A DNA stretch of 64,000 nucleotides from Candidatus Bathyarchaeota archaeon (GTDB taxonomy: Archaea; Thermoproteota; Bathyarchaeia; Bathyarchaeales; Bathycorpusculaceae): the NCBI GenBank assembly GCA_963832745.1, contig CAWHVC010000005.1:160001-224000 (forward strand). The letters are read 5' to 3'. This document shows, in pieces, positions 1-9,746 of this stretch. The notes below the pieces were generated by a model. That model saw only the letters and a program-made list of their open reading frames with translations, was not told the DNA's origin and did no database searches. Every line of letters starts with the position of its first letter. The first letter of the stretch is position 1. The position numbers were made by a program, and so were the translations under genes.

Positions 1-864
1 TTTGGGTTTTAAGCGTTCGATGGCTTCTTTGTAGGTAATTCTTGGAAAAGGCACCTTGACCTCTTTCAGCTTGTTAATGTCTGCGCCAAGTTCAGCAAAT
101 TCTTTCTCGCAACTGTTTCCGATGCTTTGGCAAATGTGCTCCATTAAGCCCTCCTCAAACTTCATAAGGTCAGTCATGTCCGCAAAAGGCCATTCACCCT
201 CCATGTGCCAGTACTCCGTTAAGTGGCGGATTGTACGGCTTTTCTCAGCACGAAAACTCGGGGCGATACAGAACACTTTTTCAAGCCCAAACATCAAAAT
301 TTCAAGATACAATTGGCTACTCTGAGTCAAGTAAAGTTGCTGATCAAAATATTTCAAGCCAAACAATGTAGAGCCACCTTCAACCGCTGCACTGATGAAC
401 ATTGGCGGAGAAACTTCAGTGTAATCTTGCATTTTGAAGTATTCACGGGCAGCTTCGAAAACTTTGCTACGCACTCTCATAACAAGATTCATTTTTCGGC
501 TACGTAGCCAAAGGTGACGCATGTCACGAATGAATTCTTCACTTTTATCTTTACCAATTGGAAAGATTTCAGCTAAACCGATTATCTGGATGTTTTCTAC
601 GCTGATTTCGTATCCGCCGGGTGCACGGTCATCTTTTCGTGCAGTGCCTTCAAGGGACAAGCTGGATTCGATAGTTAATTGTTGTGCGGCGCTCCATGCG
701 GGGCTGTCCTTTTTTACGGTACATTGGACAACACCGGTGGAGTCACGTAAAACTATGAATATGAGTGATTTTCCTTCTCGTTTACGGTAGACCCAGCCGC
801 GGATTTCTGTTTTTTGGTCTGGGCAGCAGCCGTCTAAGACTTCGCGTATCTTCTTAAGAGCCAT
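1..864 (-). CDS. asnS: Asparaginyl-tRNA synthetase (5' part; runs off the window start)
   Basis: Manual translation from ATG 864: MALKKIREVLDG..EIRGWVYRKREGKSLIFIVLRDSTGVVQC (OB fold)..AAVEGGSTLF..LYLTQSSQLYLE..PSFRAEKSRTIRHLTEYWHME (class IIb motif 2, AsnRS type). Not in the ORF track because it is open at the edge. Confidence 0.9.
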   Translation of the reverse strand, partial: MALKKIREVLDGCCPDQKTEIRGWVYRKREGKSLIFIVLRDSTGVVQCTVKKDSPAWSAAQQLTIESSLSLEGTARKDDRAPGGYEISVENIQIIGLAEIFPIGKDKSEEFIRDMRHLWLRSRKMNLVMRVRSKVFEAAREYFKMQDYTEVSPPMFISAAVEGGSTLFGLKYFDQQLYLTQSSQLYLEILMFGLEKVFCIAPSFRAEKSRTIRHLTEYWHMEGEWPFADMTDLMKFEEGLMEHICQSIGNSCEKEFAELGADINKLKEVKVPFPRITYKEAIERLKPK

Positions 865-942
865 GGTAATCAACCGTTTCCTCTAATTTATTGACATGTA
901 TCCTAAATGCCTATCGCACAACGGATAATTTAAAACTGACTG

Positions 943-967
943 AAAAACACAAAAAAAAGAAAAAGGA
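943..967 (-). terminator. Oligo-T terminator after beta-propeller paralog 1
   Basis: Minus strand TCC-T5-C-T8-G about 20 nt past the stop. A similar motif follows all five paralogs. Confidence 0.6.
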
Positions 968-987
968 AGAGTTTAAAGTTTAATTTT

Positions 988-3582
988 TTATGGGCGTTTT
1001 CTAAGCAGCAACGCGGTTGCTATTACAACAACGATTATTACGGCTAAACCAGTTCCAAGCGTGTACAATTCGTATGGTGGATTAGCTACTTGTGAAGGCG
1101 TCACGGTTCCTGTCGACTGCGGAGCTGCACCTACTGCAATATCTGTGGCTGCCGATGAACTGCCATAAGAGTCGTCAGCGGCAAAACTGGCAATGATTGT
1201 CCATGTTCCCTCCTTGTCAGGAGTCCAAGCGTAACTAAAAGTACCATAATACCCGTTGGTCGTAACGGTGCCTATTGTTTGCGCGTTGCCATTAGGATCA
1301 ATAGCTGTCAAAGTAACAGGTACACCCGCAATTGTTTCAGTGCCTGTAATACCGTTTTGAGGCTGCTGTCTATGCAAATAATTCATCTGTGTACCCATCG
1401 AGTCTTTGCTAACACACGGAGTTCCCTGCTGAGCCGGTGATTGGTCAAGAACCGTACCCTCGATCAAAATTTGGCTGCCACTGGATGGCGTCTTTGACGA
1501 TGCAGTAACAGTTGTCGCTGATAAACCCCGTCCAATGATGTATTGATAGCCGTCTGCGCCGCCAACTGAAAGATACCCGTCCGAAACTGCCAAATCTGCC
1601 CCAGTGAACCATGAGGAGCCTGGAATCATGACATCCCAGACTTTTGAACCGTCAGTGATGTTGATGGCATAAAGCTTCCAGCCTCTAGTGTATGGCGTGT
1701 TTGGCGTGTGCTCAGAGTTGTAAACAAACATTTTGCCGTCTGCAATGATTGCGGGCGCGTCAAATGGGTAGACTGTGGTACCGTTTTCAGTGGTGTAGCT
1801 GCCTTCATAGGGGAATGCTGCGGGAGACTCAAACTTCCAAACGATTTTTCCTGTACCCCAATCGAAAGCGTAGACGCCACTGTAGGCTTCTCTAAATAGC
1901 ATACCATAGGCTGATTGTACACCGTAAGTGCCGAATCCTGAGGAGTCCCAGGGATAATCCATTTTTTGTCCAGTCCAAGCCAAGTTTCCTGTAGCCAAAT
2001 CCAAAGCAACATAGTAACCGTTAGCTGAAAGAACCGCTATTTTACCGTGGTCGGCAATGTTTGAGCTTCCGCTGTACTGTGGTTCATCAATTGTCTTGTT
2101 GAATGTGACTGACCCAGTTAACAGGTTATAGCCGATTACTCGCATTTTCGTGTATGAACCTGTGCCGTCCGATACGTCAGAAATTGCTGCGCCATAACCA
2201 GTGGAGTAATCAATTACGCTTGGCAGAGAACTCATTGCATAAGATGTGTTAGATACGATTCTTGAAGCTAAGTTGCCTGTTCCAAGTGTTGTCCAGTTAA
2301 TTAGTCGGTACCTGTTAGCACCAGCGCTGACGCCTAAGTCTTGCACTGTTAAGCAGTAACCGTTCATGTAATAGGTGCCAGTTGTTAATGGCGAAATTGA
2401 AATGTTGCTTGACATTACACCGTTTAGGGGATTGTACTTTCTTAGATAACCACCGCTTATAGAAAGCAAAGTTGGTTGACCTGGGGTGATATCTGCACCG
2501 ACGACACCTGAACCAGAATAGGAAACTGTGCCGTATTCAATCAGGTTCGGAGCTGACTCACCTGCATATAAAGGTCGTTCCCAGAAAACTTCGCCAGTTC
2601 TGATGTCATAACATTGCCAGTATGTTTGGGCTGCTGCTGATGTTTCGCTGACACGTGAAATTGTTTGGTAGCCTCTGCCGAACAGGATGATGCTGGGTTT
2701 TCCGCCATAACCGCTTAGTTCGTAACCTAATGAGCCTATGCCTGCGTCGCCGCCTACTATGCCTTCAAAGGATAGCATACGTTTCCAGACTACGTGTGCA
2801 CTGTTTGGTCCTTGTACCCAGGGGGTGAATTGTGACCTTGGATTGTAAACTGATGTTGTGTCGGGGTAATACATTTGCCATGCTTCTTCGGGTATACCGC
2901 TTGGTCCAAACCATGGGTAATTGCCAAGGATAGACCACCATTCACGGTTTTCAAAGGCCACTGGTCTTGTCCAGTAATCGGTGGGCAACGGGATTGCAGG
3001 CCATGAAGCAACCATGTCGTTTTGCACTGTTAATGTTTGATTATGTGTTGTGTCTGGTTTGTAGTATACTGCTTGGTAGTTTGAGGGTGCAGACATGCCT
3101 GTTGCAGATTGGTCAGTAAAGTTGGGGTCTACAATGTTACCTCGGAAGTATCTCCCTGCAGGGAAGTATGTTCCAGGGAATTCAAATTGAAGTGTCCATG
3201 TACCGTTTACGTCTGGGGTGAATTCGAACCATTGTGTACCGTCAGCTACAAAGGAGGGCTTTTCTATGGTGATTACTGAACCGTTGGGCGGCGTTATTCT
3301 TATAATGTATTCTGGATGGTTTCTGTTTGCGCCGGGAGCTGGGCTGGTCCAATAGTTTACCAGCACACTTTGTCCGACACCCACAGGGTTTGGTCTAAAA
3401 CTTAGGTGAGCTGAAACAGTGGTTTCGTTTACTGAGACGCCTTCGGCTAAGGGACCTGCAGTGGGTACTGTCGGGGCAGCAGCGTTGGCGGGAGCATTTG
3501 TTAGTAGCGCAACTGATGCAATTAACAGAACAATCACAAAAATTGTTGACATTTTCGAATTATTTTGTTTTGAAATTTTCAA
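988..3582 (-). CDS. Membrane-anchored surface protein with PQQ-like beta-propeller repeats (paralog 1)
   Basis: Signal peptide; LSFRPNPVGVGQ Ig-like segment; PTDYWTRP; repeated D..TG...W propeller motifs (DIRTGEVFW, DLATGNLAW, DWGTGKIVW); C-terminal Ig-like domain, S/T linker, TM helix plus RKRP. Confidence 0.85.
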   Translation of the reverse strand: MKISKQNNSKMSTIFVIVLLIASVALLTNAPANAAAPTVPTAGPLAEGVSVNETTVSAHLSFRPNPVGVGQSVLVNYWTSPAPGANRNHPEYIIRITPPNGSVITIEKPSFVADGTQWFEFTPDVNGTWTLQFEFPGTYFPAGRYFRGNIVDPNFTDQSATGMSAPSNYQAVYYKPDTTHNQTLTVQNDMVASWPAIPLPTDYWTRPVAFENREWWSILGNYPWFGPSGIPEEAWQMYYPDTTSVYNPRSQFTPWVQGPNSAHVVWKRMLSFEGIVGGDAGIGSLGYELSGYGGKPSIILFGRGYQTISRVSETSAAAQTYWQCYDIRTGEVFWERPLYAGESAPNLIEYGTVSYSGSGVVGADITPGQPTLLSISGGYLRKYNPLNGVMSSNISISPLTTGTYYMNGYCLTVQDLGVSAGANRYRLINWTTLGTGNLASRIVSNTSYAMSSLPSVIDYSTGYGAAISDVSDGTGSYTKMRVIGYNLLTGSVTFNKTIDEPQYSGSSNIADHGKIAVLSANGYYVALDLATGNLAWTGQKMDYPWDSSGFGTYGVQSAYGMLFREAYSGVYAFDWGTGKIVWKFESPAAFPYEGSYTTENGTTVYPFDAPAIIADGKMFVYNSEHTPNTPYTRGWKLYAINITDGSKVWDVMIPGSSWFTGADLAVSDGYLSVGGADGYQYIIGRGLSATTVTASSKTPSSGSQILIEGTVLDQSPAQQGTPCVSKDSMGTQMNYLHRQQPQNGITGTETIAGVPVTLTAIDPNGNAQTIGTVTTNGYYGTFSYAWTPDKEGTWTIIASFAADDSYGSSSAATDIAVGAAPQSTGTVTPSQVANPPYELYTLGTGLAVIIVVVIATALLLRKRP

Positions 3583-3755
3583 TTTTTTACCTCTTAAAGT
3601 TTATAAAATAGTCGTTACCAAGCATCAACTATATAAAATCTTGTTGTAATAGCCCACTACAACCCATATTTGGTAAGAAAAGCGTTTAAAATAAATAAAA
3701 AATTTTGATTTATCCAGTAAATAAATCAAAAATTAAACTGTTAACTTAAACGACT

Positions 3756-3779
3756 AAAAAAATAAAAAAAGAAAAGGAT
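3756..3779 (-). terminator. Oligo-T terminator after paralog 2
   Basis: Minus strand TCC-T4-C-T7 then further T-runs directly after the stop. Confidence 0.55.
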
Positions 3780-3795
3780 TTTAGATGTTTATTTT

Positions 3796-6354
3796 TTATG
3801 GGCGTTTTCTTAGGGTAAGCAATCCGACTGCAATTATGGCGATTATGATGGCAATTGTTGAGATAGCTGTGTATGTTTCAATTGGAGGCATAACGACACT
3901 AGATGTTTGTGTTGTTGGTTCTGTTGTTGCATCAACAACGCTCACGTATGTTTGTGACCAACTACTGCCATAGGATGCATCGCCTGCAAAAGTTGCCATG
4001 ATTGTATATTGACCTGCCATTGGTGGTTCCCAAGAGTAGCCATATGTACCGCTCATGTCGCTTGTTACATCTGCAACGTGCACATAGTTACCGTTCGGGT
4101 CAACAGCGTCAATTGATACAGGAACACCGATTACGTCAGCGGGGATTGGCTGCTGCATGTGCAAATAATCCATCCATGCGCTCATGCTTTGCGGAGAAAT
4201 GCATGGGGTTCCTTCTTGGGCTGGTGACATGTCGAGAACGGTTCCTTGGATTATGACTTTGTCGCCTGTTGAAACTTGGCTCATCGGTGCCTCGATGGTT
4301 GTTTGGCTTTGTCCTTTGCCGATGCCGTAGGTGTAACCGTCAAATGGGTTACCCGCGATTAAGTAACCGTCTGCTATTGCTGCTGGAGGCATAGACCCAG
4401 TTAGGTTCCAGATACCTTCACCAGTGGTTACGTTGATGCAATGTAAGCCCCACCCTCTTGTTACTGGCCAGCTTTCAGTGTGCTCGTAAGTGTAGGTGTA
4501 GAATTTGCCGTCTGCAATCCATCCGCCTACACCGAAGGAGTAGAACGGATAAACTGTGGTGCCGTTTTCGCCTGTGTATGGTGTTTCGAACGGGTTGGCA
4601 GGTGCTTCGTACTTCCAGACTTGTTTGCCTGTATCCCAGTCGAAAGCGTAGATGCCGTCTTGTGCTTCCCTAATTATCATGCCGTAAGCTGATAATGCAG
4701 TGTAAGCTCCGAAGCCTGAGGATGACCAGGGGTAATCCATTTTATCGCTTGTCCAGAGTTGTTCGCCGGTTCTTAAATCGAAGCAGACGTAGTAGCCGTT
4801 GGCTGAGAGCGTGGCTAGTTTGCCGTGGTCAACAAGGTCACATAGCATGCTGTACATTGGTTCGCTGATGTTTTTGGTCCATAACTGTTGTCCAGTTATT
4901 AGGTCATAACCGCGTAGTGTTTCGCCCACGTATGCATCAGCAACTGAAATGCCGCTAACGCTTCCGCCTAAACCTGTGGTATAATCAATTAGGCTTGGCA
5001 AAGCACTCATTGCGTAGGTTGTGTTGCTCTTTATTCTGCTTGCAAAGCTGGTTGATGTTCCTCGTGTTGTCCAGTTGATAAGACGGTATTCAGTTACGCC
5101 GTCGTGTCTTAGTGTTTGTACGCTATAGACTAATGGGTCTGTGTCTCGGGTGTAAGAATTCTGGTAGTATGTTCCTGATGAAACATTGTCGCTTGCTGGT
5201 GCTAAGCTAACGTTGCAGTTCATTACACCTGTCCATGGGTCCCACTTGTAAAGCCGGTTTGCGTCAAAGTAAATCAAGCTAACTGTCCATGCGCCTGCTG
5301 CTTCTGCACCTGCAACTTCTGATTGTGTAGGGCTGGCATATTCAATTATGTTGGGCACTAATGATGTTGTCGTTAGGAAGAAACCGTACCTTAATGTAGT
5401 TGTTGTTTGTACGGGTTTTTCCCAGAAGACTTCTCCGGTTCGAAGATCATAGCAGCGCCAGTATGTTTGGTCAGTTCCCGGTTTAGCGTAGGAGTCATAT
5501 GCTCTTCCTGCATAAACGATTGATGGCGTTGGTGGCGAGTTAGAGTAGCCATATTGTCCTGTTTGTCCACCGATTATTCCTGCTATTGAGCCTTGTCGTT
5601 TCCATACTATGTGTGCTGTTTCTGGTGCTTCAACCCACGGGATGAATTTGCCGCGTGCGTTGTATTGTGTGCTTGTGTCTGGATACATTTGGTCCCATAT
5701 TGGACCGCCGCCGACATAGCCTGTTGGTGGGAAGTTTCCAAGAATGGTCCACCATTCTCTGTTTTCTACGTGTGCTGGTCTTGTCCAATAATCCGTTGGA
5801 AGTGCTGACGACCAAGAAGCAATCATGTCTTCCTGGACGGTAACGTTCACTACTGGAGAACTTGATGGCTTATAGTATGCTGAAGCTACCGGCACTGGGC
5901 CAGATGTCATGAATCCACCGGTTAAGTTTGCTGCTGGGAAGAAGGTGCCTAGGAATTCAAATTGGAATTGGTATACACCGACTTGGTCTGGAATGTACTC
6001 AAAATATGCTGTTGCATCTGCAGGATAAGACGATTTTGTTACTGTTTCGGTTGTTCCATCTGGTTTTGTGATTGTTACAACGTAAGCTTGTTCATGGTGT
6101 CTGGCTGCGTGCATGGCTGGAGAAGTCCACAAGTTAACCAGAAGTGTTTGTCCTTTTCCTATCAGGTTTGGTCTGACGCTTAAGTGTGCGGATGTGTCAA
6201 GTTGAATGCTAGGGTTTGCTCCGTCAGGCAATGGCCCTGTTACTTGGGTTGTAACGTCTGCTTGTGCTGGCTGTCCAAGTATTACAACCATTGAAGCAAT
6301 CAATATTACGATAATTGCTGTTGCCGATTGTTTTGTTTTTGTTAATTTTTTCAT
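3796..6354 (-). CDS. Membrane-anchored PQQ-like beta-propeller surface protein (paralog 2)
   Basis: Same architecture and motifs as 988..3582 (PTDYWTRP, YRLINWTT, DHGK, MDYPW, EH..TRGW, GTVLD.SPAQ, DPNGN, YGSS, TM plus RKRP); GGAG upstream. Confidence 0.85.
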   Translation of the reverse strand: MKKLTKTKQSATAIIVILIASMVVILGQPAQADVTTQVTGPLPDGANPSIQLDTSAHLSVRPNLIGKGQTLLVNLWTSPAMHAARHHEQAYVVTITKPDGTTETVTKSSYPADATAYFEYIPDQVGVYQFQFEFLGTFFPAANLTGGFMTSGPVPVASAYYKPSSSPVVNVTVQEDMIASWSSALPTDYWTRPAHVENREWWTILGNFPPTGYVGGGPIWDQMYPDTSTQYNARGKFIPWVEAPETAHIVWKRQGSIAGIIGGQTGQYGYSNSPPTPSIVYAGRAYDSYAKPGTDQTYWRCYDLRTGEVFWEKPVQTTTTLRYGFFLTTTSLVPNIIEYASPTQSEVAGAEAAGAWTVSLIYFDANRLYKWDPWTGVMNCNVSLAPASDNVSSGTYYQNSYTRDTDPLVYSVQTLRHDGVTEYRLINWTTRGTSTSFASRIKSNTTYAMSALPSLIDYTTGLGGSVSGISVADAYVGETLRGYDLITGQQLWTKNISEPMYSMLCDLVDHGKLATLSANGYYVCFDLRTGEQLWTSDKMDYPWSSSGFGAYTALSAYGMIIREAQDGIYAFDWDTGKQVWKYEAPANPFETPYTGENGTTVYPFYSFGVGGWIADGKFYTYTYEHTESWPVTRGWGLHCINVTTGEGIWNLTGSMPPAAIADGYLIAGNPFDGYTYGIGKGQSQTTIEAPMSQVSTGDKVIIQGTVLDMSPAQEGTPCISPQSMSAWMDYLHMQQPIPADVIGVPVSIDAVDPNGNYVHVADVTSDMSGTYGYSWEPPMAGQYTIMATFAGDASYGSSWSQTYVSVVDATTEPTTQTSSVVMPPIETYTAISTIAIIIAIIAVGLLTLRKRP

Positions 6355-6731
6355 ATTTTCTCTCCTTAATGATTTACTTCATTCGTTTTTTCAAACACTT
6401 AAGATTTGGTAAGTTAAAGCATAACTTACAACAATTCTAAATCAATATAAGGTAAAATTTTAAAAAAATAAAGTAAAATTAGTATAAAAAAAACAGTCCT
6501 AAAAAAAAGAAACACAAAAAATAATTTGAAAAAATTAAACTTTAAAACACAAAAAATTCAAAACATATTTTTTAAAAAATGTTGCCGGATGTAAAATCAC
6601 ATGTGCGCTAACAAAAAGACATCAACCAAAAATACATTGGCAATAAGAAGCATATCCAAATATCAGATAACTTAAAATCATCATAACAACGCTCAGGCAT
6701 ATTCATTGAGAAAAAATTAAAACTGAATGTC

Positions 6732-6755
6732 AAAAACAAAAAAAGAAAAAAAGGA
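6732..6755 (-). terminator. Oligo-T terminator after paralog 3
   Basis: Minus strand TCC-T7-C-T7-G-T5, nearly identical to 59733..59755. Confidence 0.6.
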
Positions 6756-6760
6756 TTTAT

Positions 6761-9379
6761 TTAGGCTTTTTTCCGCATTAAAAGCAAGCCAACAGCTGCT
6801 ACTGCAATAATTACAGCGATGCCTGTTCCAACAGTGTAAAGTTCGTATGGCGGATTTGTACTTTCTGTGTTTGTTGACGGTTCAGGTGTTGTTGGTGTAT
6901 CTACTATTGTGGCGTAGGTTTGAGCGTATGAACTGCCGTAGGAGTCACTGCCCATGAAGGTTGCTGTGATAATGTATTGACCTGCATTTGACGGAGTCCA
7001 TTCAAAACCGTATGTTCCGCTCATGTCGCTGGTTGCATCGCCAAGATGCACATAGTTTCCGTTGGGGTCAGTAGCGTCAATAGAAACTGGAACTCCGGTT
7101 ACGTTGGCGGGTATAGATAATCCTTTGTGAATGTGCGCCATCCATTCGCCCATTGATTCGTCAGAGACACAGGCAGTTCCTGGTTGACCGGGTGATTGGT
7201 CAAGAACAGTGCCTGTAATCATTGCTTTTTGGCCCACAATTATTTGGGTCATTGGTGCCACTACGGTTGTTTCGCTTAAGCCTTTACCGAAAGCGTATGT
7301 GTAGCCGTCACTGCTCATTTCAAAGAGGTACCCGTCAGCAATTGGACCGATACTGGTTGTATGTTTAGACATTGCACCTGTAATCATAGTACTCCAGATT
7401 TCTTCGCCTGAAGTTGCGTTAATGCAGAAAGTCTTCCAACCTCTAGTAATGGGCACTGTAGCTGAGTGTTCAACTGTGTAGGTGTATAGTTTTCCGTCTG
7501 CGATTCTTGCGCCGATGTTCCATGAGTAAACGGTTGTTCCGTTTTCGTCAATGTAGGGCGTTTCATAGGGGTTTTCTGCGGGTGCTTCAAATTTCCACGC
7601 GATTGTTCCGTCTTCCCAGTTAAAAGCGTAAATGCCACTGTATGCTTGTCTGTAGAGTAAGCCATATGCTGTTTGTACATCATAAGCTCCGAAACCGGCG
7701 TCGTCCCATGGATAATCAAATCTTTCGCTCTTCCATACTTCAGCGCCAGTTCTACTGTTTAATGCCAAGAAGTAGCCTTGTTCGGTCAGAATTGCAAATT
7801 TACCGTGGTCAGCAACAATGCAGCTTGCACTGTATGCTGTTTCGCCTTCTCGTGTTACGTTCCAGAGGATTGCCCCCGTAGTTATGTCTATGCCATATGC
7901 GTTCATTGCTACGTAGATGCCGCCTCTAGAAATTGTTGCTGCTGTCGCGGCTACACCTGCTTCAAAGTCAATGCATGTTGGAATGTTGCTTATTGGCCAA
8001 CTTATGTTACTGGCGATTCTTGTGCCAGTGCTTGTTGTCAAGGTTGCTAATGTGCCAAGTGTTGTCCAGTTAATTAACCGGTATCTGCCTGCACCTGCGG
8101 CTGCACCTAAGTCTTGTACACTTAGGCAGTAACCATTCTTGTAGTAAGTACCTGTAGTTAAAGGCGCAATTGAATAGTTACCGTAAATTCCACCAGTTAT
8201 TGGATCAAATTTGATGAGTCGCGAGTTACCTATGTAATCTAAGTATACACCTGTGATGTGTGTTGGGTCACCGCCGCCGCCTGGGCTTTGTCCGATAGCG
8301 TATTCGATCACGTTTGGTTCCATTGGACCGATAGATGTGCCAAACATTGTAGTCACTGATGTTGTAGGTAGCTGAGTTTCCCAATAGACTTCTCCGGTAC
8401 GTACATCATAGCATGACCAAACATATTGGGTTACACCGTTAAGCGGTTTGGTTAAAACTTCATATGCTCTCCCTGCGACCACTACACTTGGGAAACCGTA
8501 TGAACTGATTGAGTCGGAGCCTAAACCGTTTCCTTGGAATATTTGAGTGTTTGCTTCATATCCATAGTCTCCGCCGATTAATCCGCCGAGGGCTGTTAGT
8601 CTTTTCCATGCTACGTGTGCACTGTTAGGTCCTTCAACCCATGGAATAAAGGTGTCTAAGCGACCTTTAAGCATCCATTGTGAGTTAGTGTTTGGATATA
8701 ATGCATCCCATGTCGGTCCGCCTGTTTGTCCACGCCATGGATAATTGCCAAGGATGGGCCACCATTCACGGTGTTCATATGCAACTGGACGTGTCCAATA
8801 ATCAGTTGGTAATGGGTCTTCAATCCACGAATAAACTGGGTCTTCTTGCACGGTTAATGTTTGTTCTGGTGTAGAGCTTGGCTGCATATATACTGAGTCA
8901 GCGTATACTGTACCTCCGGTGGTTGCAGTTATGACTTCGCCATTAAGGTATCGTCCTGCAGGCATGTATGTTCCGGGGAATTCCATTTTGAGCTTCCATT
9001 CTCCAACTTGATCAACTGTGTATTCTACGTAAGCGGTTCCATCAGCAGGGTACGAATTTTTCTTGATTGTTTCTGTGGTTCCGTCGGGTTTCGTTATGGT
9101 CAATGTTAGATCAAGGAACATTCTGTTTGCGCCGGGGGCTGGTGCTACCCAGAAGTTAATCAGAATTTGTTGATTAACCCCTACTGGATTAGGTCTAAAG
9201 CTTAAGGCAGCATACGATTTTGCGGTATAATTAGCTGTTACGCCACTAGGCATTGAGCCACTAAAAGGTTGTGAAGTATCAACTGCGTTTGCATTGTTTG
9301 GTGTTGAAATTAAAAGAATTGAGGCAAATAGAAGAATTGCAACAAAGGTTGTGGTTATTTTCTGGTTTAATATTTTCAT
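6761..9379 (-). CDS. Membrane-anchored PQQ-like beta-propeller surface protein (paralog 3)
   Basis: Same family motifs; signal peptide; TM plus RKKA; GGAG upstream. Confidence 0.85.
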   Translation of the reverse strand: MKILNQKITTTFVAILLFASILLISTPNNANAVDTSQPFSGSMPSGVTANYTAKSYAALSFRPNPVGVNQQILINFWVAPAPGANRMFLDLTLTITKPDGTTETIKKNSYPADGTAYVEYTVDQVGEWKLKMEFPGTYMPAGRYLNGEVITATTGGTVYADSVYMQPSSTPEQTLTVQEDPVYSWIEDPLPTDYWTRPVAYEHREWWPILGNYPWRGQTGGPTWDALYPNTNSQWMLKGRLDTFIPWVEGPNSAHVAWKRLTALGGLIGGDYGYEANTQIFQGNGLGSDSISSYGFPSVVVAGRAYEVLTKPLNGVTQYVWSCYDVRTGEVYWETQLPTTSVTTMFGTSIGPMEPNVIEYAIGQSPGGGGDPTHITGVYLDYIGNSRLIKFDPITGGIYGNYSIAPLTTGTYYKNGYCLSVQDLGAAAGAGRYRLINWTTLGTLATLTTSTGTRIASNISWPISNIPTCIDFEAGVAATAATISRGGIYVAMNAYGIDITTGAILWNVTREGETAYSASCIVADHGKFAILTEQGYFLALNSRTGAEVWKSERFDYPWDDAGFGAYDVQTAYGLLYRQAYSGIYAFNWEDGTIAWKFEAPAENPYETPYIDENGTTVYSWNIGARIADGKLYTYTVEHSATVPITRGWKTFCINATSGEEIWSTMITGAMSKHTTSIGPIADGYLFEMSSDGYTYAFGKGLSETTVVAPMTQIIVGQKAMITGTVLDQSPGQPGTACVSDESMGEWMAHIHKGLSIPANVTGVPVSIDATDPNGNYVHLGDATSDMSGTYGFEWTPSNAGQYIITATFMGSDSYGSSYAQTYATIVDTPTTPEPSTNTESTNPPYELYTVGTGIAVIIAVAAVGLLLMRKKA

Positions 9380-9746
9380 TTATTTTCTTTTCTCCTTGGA
9401 AAAGCTTGAAAATGCTTTTCGCAACAAACTATTACAAAAGAAACTGTTTATAACAGGGGTTGGAAAGATGCTTCTGACGACAAAAAGAAAAAAATTATAA
9501 AATGAGCGATTGATTTTTGTTTCTTATTGAAGTCTCTTTTAGAAGTTAAAAAAAATAGTGTAAACTCGTCCTTCATATTTGATTAATATTTTACTCACGA
9601 TAGGTGAGTGAGAAATATAACTATTTTTCATTAACTTAGCCTCATCTGAAAATACATAAGCGCAAAAATTTGGAGAAATCTCCTTTTTGCCTGAATTGAC
9701 TAAAAATATTATAAACACTTAACAAAATATTTGTAACCTTGAGGGG

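Noticed and set aside
56-790. Three + strand ORFs in the track
   Set aside because: They are antisense shadows of asnS on the minus strand.
6355-6760. Very A-rich 400-bp intergenic region (CRISPR leader or origin?)
   Set aside because: No repeat-spacer units, ORB-like motifs or cdc6 nearby; consistent with promoter/terminator DNA.
988-9379. Diversity-generating retroelement or invertase-based shuffling as the cause of paralog variation
   Set aside because: No reverse transcriptase, no template/variable repeat pair with adenine-specific differences, and no recombinase or flanking inverted repeats were seen in the window.
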